DNA from: a virus
UHGV virus genome: UHGV-1980310
DNA length: 21,283 nucleotides
Direction: 5' to 3' (one strand)
Shown here: one piece after another, positions 15,933 to 21,283 of the stretch
Position numbering within the stretch: the stretch's first letter is position 1
Layout: the number at the start of each line of letters is the position of its first letter
Made by a program: the position numbers and the translations under genes
Notes under the pieces: model-generated
Database searches by the model: none
Seen by the model: the letters and a program-made list of their open reading frames with translations, nothing else
What the model was told of the DNA's origin: nothing

Positions 15933-17987
15933 ATGTCAGACTCCAAGTGGAAAATGCTCTCCGCCATGCCCGGAGAGTTTTCAGTCAAGGTTGCCGGTGG
16001 CACGGCGGCATTTATTGAAAGCCCTTTCCGCCCTTCGGGTAATAAAGGGGGGATCACCTTCGCAGACTGCGTGATCCGCTTCAGCACGAAAGAGCCATTA
16101 TGGGTAATGCCGGTATCCGGTAATCCCAGTGCAGAAATCACCAGTTCAGGCGTGACTGGCATCATTCCAATCACATCTGACGTGGCCGGAACGCTCACGC
16201 CCTCCGACTGGAATGCACCGGATAACGCCGGGCCTTCCGGTAGCACGAATGGCAGCAGTTCAGAGCCGGAATATTACTTTGTTGTCATTCTCGCGGGTCA
16301 GTCAAATGGCATGGCCTACGGCGAGGGGCTGCCGTTACCGGATTCGTTTGACCGCCCGGACCCACGCATTAAGCAACTGGCACGCCGCAGTACGGTAACG
16401 CCCAACGGTACGTCGTGTACATACAACGACATCATTCCGGCAGACCACTGCCTGCATGATGTTCAGGATATGAGCGGGATAAACCACCCGAAAGCTGATC
16501 TGGCAAAAGGCCAGTACGGGACTGTCGGTCAGGGGTTGCATATTGCCAAAAAACTGCTTCCCTATATCCCACAGAATGCCGGGATACTTCTGGTGCCCTG
16601 TTGTCGTGGCGGGTCAGCATTCACCACTGGAGCCGACGGCTCATTCAGTGAGGCCAGCGGTGCTTCCGCTGATTCTTCACGCTGGGGGGCCGGTAAACCT
16701 CTGTATCAGGACCTGGTAAGCCGCACCAAAGTCGCGCTGGCGAAAAACCCGAAAAACAAACTTCTGGCTGTGGTCTGGATGCAGGGAGAGGCAGACCTTG
16801 CCTCAGGAAGCCAGCAGCATAATAGTTTATTCACGGCCATGGTTCAGCAGTTCAGAACTGACCTGGCTCCGCTTGCTGCGCAGTGCGTGAGTGGAAATGC
16901 CACCACGGTGCCGTGGATTTGCGGTGATACCACGTATTACTGGAAAAACGCTGGCACCGATAAATATGAGGCAGTATACGGTGGCTACAAAGGCAAGGAA
17001 GCACAGAAAATTTTCTTTGTACCGTTCCTGACGGATGAGAATGGACAGAGCACGCCAACGAATGCTCCGGCGGAAGACCCGGATATTGTGGCTGTCGGGT
17101 ATTACGGTGCAGCATCCCGAACCCAGGGCAGTTTTGTTTCGACACAGCGTGACAGCCATTTCAGCTCATGGGCACGCAGGGGCGTCATTTCAGACCGTCT
17201 GGCCTCAGCTATTATGCTCCATGCAGGGCGCACGGCTGAACTGATGCGCGGGCAGACCGTGACACCACCGGATGAGAAGCCGTCACCTGATACACCATCA
17301 AAACCGTCCACGCCACCCGCAGACACCACGACGATGAGTACGCTATTTGCTTACCGGGCATCTGAGTCTGAAGGACGGTTGACACCACAGGGTTGGGCTG
17401 CCGGAGGTGGCAAGGCTCAAATCGTGGATGATGCCGGAGCCAGCGGGGGTAAGGCAATGAAACTGACCAAGGAAACAGGAAGAGCCCCCTGGTACCTTGA
17501 GCATGATGCTGGTAATGGTGCGGACCTGCTGGGTAAAGGTGGTCTTGTCAGTTGTCGTTTTAAACTCGATGGCGCGCTTACGGCTAATCAGTACGCACTG
17601 GCGCTGTACTGGCCGGTTTCTGCCCTGCCGCAAGGGGTTACTCTGGAAGGAAATGCCGGTCATAACCTGCTGGCATCGTTCTACGTACAGAGCGATGCCA
17701 CAGACCTTAACGTGATGTATCACAAAGGAAACACGGCGCAGAACACGAAGCTGGGGTCATTCGGCGCATTTAATAACGAATGGCATACGCTGGGCTTCCG
17801 TTTTGCCGGTAACAACAGTATTGAGGTGACGCCGGTCATTGATGGTAAGGACGGGACACCATTCATGCTGTCGCAGTCTCCGGTCGGCACGTTTACGGCA
17901 GACAAGTTGCGCGTGACCGATATCACTAAAAATGCGACTTACCCGGTACTGATTGACAGTATCGTGGTGGAAGTGAATAACGCGTAA
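15933..17987 (+). CDS. Putative SGNH/SASA-family O-acetylesterase (NanS-p-like) with a Pro/Thr-rich linker and C-terminal ~210-aa domain
   Basis: Motif VVILAGQSNGMAYGEG (nucleophile Ser, nt ~16296-16307) and downstream WMQGEAD match the sialate O-acetylesterase family. Linker PPDEKPSPDTPSKPSTPPADTTT at ~17265-17335 separates a C-terminal beta-rich domain. Confidence 0.6.
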   Translation: MSDSKWKMLSAMPGEFSVKVAGGTAAFIESPFRPSGNKGGITFADCVIRFSTKEPLWVMPVSGNPSAEITSSGVTGIIPITSDVAGTLTPSDWNAPDNAGPSGSTNGSSSEPEYYFVVILAGQSNGMAYGEGLPLPDSFDRPDPRIKQLARRSTVTPNGTSCTYNDIIPADHCLHDVQDMSGINHPKADLAKGQYGTVGQGLHIAKKLLPYIPQNAGILLVPCCRGGSAFTTGADGSFSEASGASADSSRWGAGKPLYQDLVSRTKVALAKNPKNKLLAVVWMQGEADLASGSQQHNSLFTAMVQQFRTDLAPLAAQCVSGNATTVPWICGDTTYYWKNAGTDKYEAVYGGYKGKEAQKIFFVPFLTDENGQSTPTNAPAEDPDIVAVGYYGAASRTQGSFVSTQRDSHFSSWARRGVISDRLASAIMLHAGRTAELMRGQTVTPPDEKPSPDTPSKPSTPPADTTTMSTLFAYRASESEGRLTPQGWAAGGGKAQIVDDAGASGGKAMKLTKETGRAPWYLEHDAGNGADLLGKGGLVSCRFKLDGALTANQYALALYWPVSALPQGVTLEGNAGHNLLASFYVQSDATDLNVMYHKGNTAQNTKLGSFGAFNNEWHTLGFRFAGNNSIEVTPVIDGKDGTPFMLSQSPVGTFTADKLRVTDITKNATYPVLIDSIVVEVNNA

Positions 17988-18002
17988 GCAGGATAAAAAA
18001 AT

Positions 18003-18035
18003 GCCGCCGGTAAGGGAAAACAAGAAACCGGCGGC
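18003..18035 (-). terminator. Rho-independent terminator-like hairpin (strongest on the minus strand)
   Basis: GCCGCCGGT-N15-ACCGGCGGC: 9-bp stem flanked by an A-run upstream, which is a U-run after the hairpin on the minus strand. Confidence 0.4.
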
Positions 18036-18131
18036 AAAAAGATCGTTATATCCAAAGCAAAAAATGCAGTGCACCTTTTTACCTAACAGATATTACCGGT
18101 GTCAACACCATGTCAATAATTGGGAGGGATA

Positions 18132-18314
18132 ATGACATTTTTACAGCTTATTTTATTGTATTTCTGCACGGCAGTATGTGCGTTATATCTGGTGAGTGGT
18201 GGTTATAAGGCCATCAGAAATTATGTTCGCCGCAAAATTGAGGACGCAGCAGCTGAAAAACTCAGTAAAACAGCGCAGGTAACTCCGCTCCCAAAAGACC
18301 CGACCCAGCCCTGA
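18132..18314 (+). CDS. Small single-pass membrane protein (~60 aa)
   Basis: GGGAGGG RBS before ATG 18132; hydrophobic helix TFLQLILLYFCTAVCALYLVSGGY followed by a basic tail. Confidence 0.4.
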   Translation: MTFLQLILLYFCTAVCALYLVSGGYKAIRNYVRRKIEDAAAEKLSKTAQVTPLPKDPTQP

Positions 18315-18349
18315 TTGCAGGGCTTTATTCCCGCATAAGGAGGATATAC

Positions 18350-18604
18350 ATGCCAGAAATTAAAGGCACCGTCACTGAAGACCTGGTAAAACAGGCACTG
18401 TATTCCGGTGAAGTAAATAAGTTGCTGAAAGCGCAGGTCCGCAAGGATTTTGAGGCACAAATCGACACTTACGTTGATGAAGTGCTGGCAAAACTTATTG
18501 GGCCAGCAGTTGCGGCCAGTGATGCTGATAATGAGCCGAAAACCGACGCGCAGCCAGAGCAACCAGACCCGGCTCAGCCCGGAACTGACAGTACCATGAT
18601 GTAA
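18350..18604 (+). CDS. Hypothetical acidic 84-aa protein
   Basis: Consensus AAGGAGG RBS 6 nt upstream of the ATG; followed by hairpins at 18611-18636 and 18662-18690. Confidence 0.5.
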   Translation: MPEIKGTVTEDLVKQALYSGEVNKLLKAQVRKDFEAQIDTYVDEVLAKLIGPAVAASDADNEPKTDAQPEQPDPAQPGTDSTMM

Positions 18605-18610
18605 CAATAC

Positions 18611-18690
18611 AAACCGGTGGTGTCCTCTGCCGGTTTGACACTAATGAAAACATCTTTGCCGCTATCCAGCCATATGTAATCGCTGGATAG
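18611..18690 (+). terminator. Two hairpins in the convergent intergenic region (candidate bidirectional terminators)
   Basis: AAACCGG-N12-CCGGTTT (18611-18636) and CTATCCAGC-N11-GCTGGATAG followed by TATTTCGTATT (18662-18690). Confidence 0.4.
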
Positions 18691-18771
18691 TATTTCGTAT
18701 TCAGAAATATAGCTGCTTATGGAGCAGTCAATCCTGCTTCCCCATCCGGGCAGGCAAATGAACCGGTATCA

Positions 18772-19065
18772 TTAGTCCGATTCACGCTTTTGTAGAATCG
18801 TTCCCAGAATGCTATACAGCTCATTAGCCTGTTGCTCCATCATTGAGACGGAGGCTATACGGTGCAAAGTGATTTCAGGAGGTGGCACACCTCCATCTTC
18901 TTGCTGTGGAGGAAAAACATAAGATTTAATAAAAAAGTTGAAGCATATGAACTCTCCCGCACTCGAACTGTATTTGCAGGCATCTGAATAATCGGAAAAA
19001 TAATCATTATAGATTTCCGCATTTTCAATCATTTTTCGATTTCTCGTCGTTACATGATTGTCCAT
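18772..19065 (-). CDS. Hypothetical 97-aa protein, opposite strand to the rest of the prophage
   Basis: AAGAGG RBS immediately upstream of the ATG; AT-rich promoter-like region at 19066-19200. Only clearly reverse-oriented gene inside the prophage. Confidence 0.5.
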   Translation of the reverse strand: MDNHVTTRNRKMIENAEIYNDYFSDYSDACKYSSSAGEFICFNFFIKSYVFPPQQEDGGVPPPEITLHRIASVSMMEQQANELYSILGTILQKRESD

Positions 19066-19184
19066 AGCAGCCTCTTACGCTGGCAATTAACCAATTGACT
19101 TCTATAAATTAGTTGATTTGTTTGCTTTGCGGTATTCAAATGTACAATCATTCAGCACTTATGCGTTACAGCACCGTTTAAAAT

Positions 19185-19282
19185 TAGTGATCAAACTCAT
19201 AAATTTTCGCTAATGACATTTCGTGTTATTTGTTGTATCAATTAAATAAATCAAATCGATCGTTTTTGTCGATCGATTGAGT
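19185..19282 (+). promoter_or_regulatory. Putative Dam-methylation-sensitive mom regulatory region
   Basis: Three GATC sites (19189, 19258, 19271) within ~85 bp upstream of com; the last two sit in a palindrome AATCGATCG-N7-CGATCGATT. Confidence 0.4.
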
Positions 19283-19321
19283 GATAAAGATATCAACAAC
19301 AAAGCAGGAGGTTATGCGGCC

Positions 19322-19522
19322 ATGTATCGAAACATACGGTGCCGACATTGTAACAAGCTACTGGCACGAGCCAGCTTCAGTTATCTGGAAGTTAAATGTC
19401 CGCGCTGTAAAACCCTCAATCAAATCACATCTCAGAGCGCCACAGAGCACCCCACATACACAAGGAAATCCTGTCGTGGGGAACAGAAAGCAAGTTACAT
19501 CCCGTATCATCAGCACGCCTGA
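19322..19522 (+). CDS. com: Com, zinc-finger translational activator of mom
   Basis: [10 protein letters not shown]...EVKCPRCK matches the Mu Com CxxC...CxxC zinc-binding pattern; ~66 aa; overlaps the 5' end of the mom frame as in Mu. Confidence 0.75.
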   Translation: MYRNIRCRHCNKLLARASFSYLEVKCPRCKTLNQITSQSATEHPTYTRKSCRGEQKASYIPYHQHA

Positions 19523-20213
19523 ACTTATTCACTATAACGACAATATCGTCGGTTATGGCTCCCGTGAGTTACGGGTTGAGACAATAAGTTGCTGGCTGGC
19601 CCGGCTGGTCGTCGTCAATAAACATTACAGCCATCGTTTCGTAAATAATTCCTACCTTCATCTGGGCATATTTTCAGAACGGGAGCTGGTTGGCGTAATG
19701 CAATGGGGTTATGCCCTTAATCCAAACAATGGTGCACGCGTCGTAACTGGCACGCAGAACCGCGAATATATGGAGCTTAACCGGTTATGGCTGCATGACT
19801 GTATGCCGAGAAACTCCGAATCAAGGGCAATCAGTTACGCGCTCAAACTAATCAGACAACTTTATCCGCAGGTGCAGTGGGTTCAGTCGTTTGCAGATGA
19901 GCGTTGTGGCTGTCTTGGTGTCGTGTACCAGGCAAGCAATTTTGATTATGTAGGCAGTCATGAAACAACATTCTATGAACTTGATGGCGAGTGGTATCAC
20001 GAGATTTGCAAGAATGCAATCAAACGAGGAGGACAGCGAGGTGAACATCTGCGGGCTAATATCGACAGAGCCAGTGTTCATAAATTCCGTCAGTTTCGTT
20101 ACATCCGGTTTCTGGACAAGAGAGCCAGAAAACGCCTTAACACAAAGCTATTCAAAGTCCAGCCTTACCCAAAACCACAAACAGTTAAAACTGGTTTGAA
20201 AGAGAGTGAATGA
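19476..20213 (+). CDS. mom: Mom-like DNA modification protein; start codon uncertain
   Basis: Long ORF overlapping the 3' end of com, last phage gene before the right end, ~237 aa from an in-frame GTG at 19476. The in-frame ATG at 19314 sits too close to the SD, and there is no other in-frame ATG before ~19700. Confidence 0.65.
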   Translation: MGNRKQVTSRIISTPELIHYNDNIVGYGSRELRVETISCWLARLVVVNKHYSHRFVNNSYLHLGIFSERELVGVMQWGYALNPNNGARVVTGTQNREYMELNRLWLHDCMPRNSESRAISYALKLIRQLYPQVQWVQSFADERCGCLGVVYQASNFDYVGSHETTFYELDGEWYHEICKNAIKRGGQRGEHLRANIDRASVHKFRQFRYIRFLDKRARKRLNTKLFKVQPYPKPQTVKTGLKESE

Positions 20214-20249
20214 ACGCTTAAAAACTCATTCTAAAACTCAAAAGAAAAG

Positions 20250-20289
20250 CGCCGATTTAGTATCAAATAAGTTGCGTATCGGCGTTTTT
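20250..20289 (+). terminator. Hairpin plus T5 run downstream of mom
   Basis: CGCCGAT-N21-ATCGGCG followed by TTTTT; the loop is long, so it is a weak terminator call. Confidence 0.35.
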
Positions 20290-20333
20290 CAGCGGTATCA
20301 AATGAAATGCAAATCGGTATCAAAAAAATCGCC
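20259..20333. repeat. Three direct repeats of a GTATCAAA(T/A)-containing motif next to the prophage right end (candidate transposase-binding end sites)
   Basis: AGTATCAAATAAGTTGC (20259-20275), CGGTATCAAATGAAATGCA (20293-20311), CGGTATCAAAAAAATCGCC (20315-20333). Mu-family ends carry multiple transposase-binding repeats. Confidence 0.4.
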
Positions 20334-20336
20334 GCG

Positions 20337-20552
20337 CTATAACTGGCTGATGTTTTGCGCCAGCAACACGCCATCCAGCGACGGAATATTGATATCCAGA
20401 AAAATGGCGTCGACGCGGTTATGCTGCAAAAACTTCAACACGTCCAGACCGTCGTCAAAGGTGCCGACAATCTCCATCTGGCTGTGCTCTTTAATTAGCC
20501 AGCTCAGTTCCTGTTGTGCCAGGAATTCGTCTTCAACAATGATGACTTTCAC
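20337..20552 (-). pseudogene. ypdB: Host LytTR-type response regulator (ypdB-like), 5' fragment truncated by the prophage insertion
   Basis: Encodes (M)KVIIVEDEFLAQQELSWLIKEHSQMEIVGTFDDGLDVLKFLQHNRVDAIFLDINIPSLDGVLLAQNISQ then L*: the receiver domain is cut at ~residue 72. Identity as ypdB (versus paralogue yehT/btsR) is from memory. Confidence 0.6.
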
Positions 20553-20566
20553 AATATCACTCCGGC

Positions 20567-21283
20567 TCAAAGCAATAACGTAGCCTGTGAGGCGACTGGG
20601 GTGCGTTGGTTAGGAATGTAAAACGCAATTTCCGTCCCCGGCTCCAGGCGGCGGATATGCAGCCCCTCGCCATACAATAACTTCACGCGATGATGGACAT
20701 TCAGCAGGCCAATTTTATTGCCCGGCATTTCATTCGCTTCGACCCGCTCAATCACCTTTGGATCGATGCCGTGCCCGGTATCTCGCACCGCAATGCGTAC
20801 CCGATTTCCGCACTCTGCAACGCTGATGGTGACAACGCCTTTACCTTTGCAAGGCTGAATACCGTGGACAATGGCGTTCTCCACCAACGGCTGGATCAGC
20901 AGGCTGGGAATGCAGCAATTCACCTCTTCATCAATATCATAGATAACCGTCAGCTTGTCACCAAAGCGGGCCTGCTCAATGGCAATATAGTCTTTAATTT
21001 GATACAGCTCTTTTTTGATATCGATTTGCTCATCGTCTTTTAATTCAATGCTATAGCGCAGATAACGCGACAGATTAAAGATCAACTGGCGAGCGGTATC
21101 CGGATTCAGACGGATTGACGATGAAATAGCGTTCAGAGCGTTAAACAGAAAATGGGGATTAATTTTGCTTTGCAGGGCGCGAAGCTCTGCCTTATTTGCC
21201 ATTTCACGTAGCTGCTCGGCGCGTGAAACCTCCAGTTGCGTGGAGATGATTTGCGACAGACCGACCGCCATTTCCTGTAATGA
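20567..21283 (-). CDS. ypdA: Host LytS-type sensor histidine kinase (ypdA-like), 3' part; continues beyond the window
   Basis: Histidine kinase motifs [10 protein letters not shown] (H-box) and ATP-binding region ([23 protein letters not shown]); sits immediately upstream of the response-regulator fragment. Confidence 0.65.
   Translation of the reverse strand, partial: SLQEMAVGLSQIISTQLEVSRAEQLREMANKAELRALQSKINPHFLFNALNAISSSIRLNPDTARQLIFNLSRYLRYSIELKDDEQIDIKKELYQIKDYIAIEQARFGDKLTVIYDIDEEVNCCIPSLLIQPLVENAIVHGIQPCKGKGVVTISVAECGNRVRIAVRDTGHGIDPKVIERVEANEMPGNKIGLLNVHHRVKLLYGEGLHIRRLEPGTEIAFYIPNQRTPVASQATLLL

Larger units (their letters stand above)
1..20340 (+). mobile_element. Mu-like transposable prophage, partial (left end with repressor/ner lies upstream of the window); right boundary approximate
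   Basis: Synteny A-B-early genes-gam ... head genes ... tail fibre S/U-invertase-com/mom is the Mu family order. Phage-like sequence stops at ~20340 where a truncated host response-regulator ORF begins on the minus strand. Confidence 0.8.

Noticed and set aside
16213-17723. Minus- and plus-strand short ORFs nested inside the esterase gene
   Set aside because: All overlap a long coherent CDS with clear catalytic motifs; no RBS support.
1-21283. CRISPR array or other regularly spaced direct-repeat arrays
   Set aside because: No series of near-identical 25-40 bp repeats with uniform spacers was seen; the only repeat clusters are the cassette inverted repeats and the three end-proximal motifs.

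Overview
The window is the right-hand ~20.3 kb of a Mu-like transposable prophage (all phage genes on the + strand), followed by about 0.95 kb of enterobacterial host DNA. The prophage runs from the transposase A gene at position 1 to a right end near 20340, where it interrupts a LytTR-type response-regulator gene (ypdB-like) next to the 3' end of a LytS-type sensor kinase gene (ypdA-like). Recognisable Mu modules are A/B transposition genes, small early genes, gam, a head module (F/G/I/T-like), a putative sheath gene, a P2 H / Mu S-type tail fibre with an invertible C-terminal cassette, a tail-fibre assembly gene, a gin-type invertase, and com/mom. The element looks defective: terminase, portal, lysis, tail tube, tape measure and baseplate genes are absent, and the invertase carries a 1-nt frameshift in a T-run. 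A 3.1 kb accessory insert between gin and com encodes a putative NanS-like O-acetylesterase with a C-terminal domain plus three small unknown genes. All calls rest on reading the supplied translations and sequence by eye; no database search was run.
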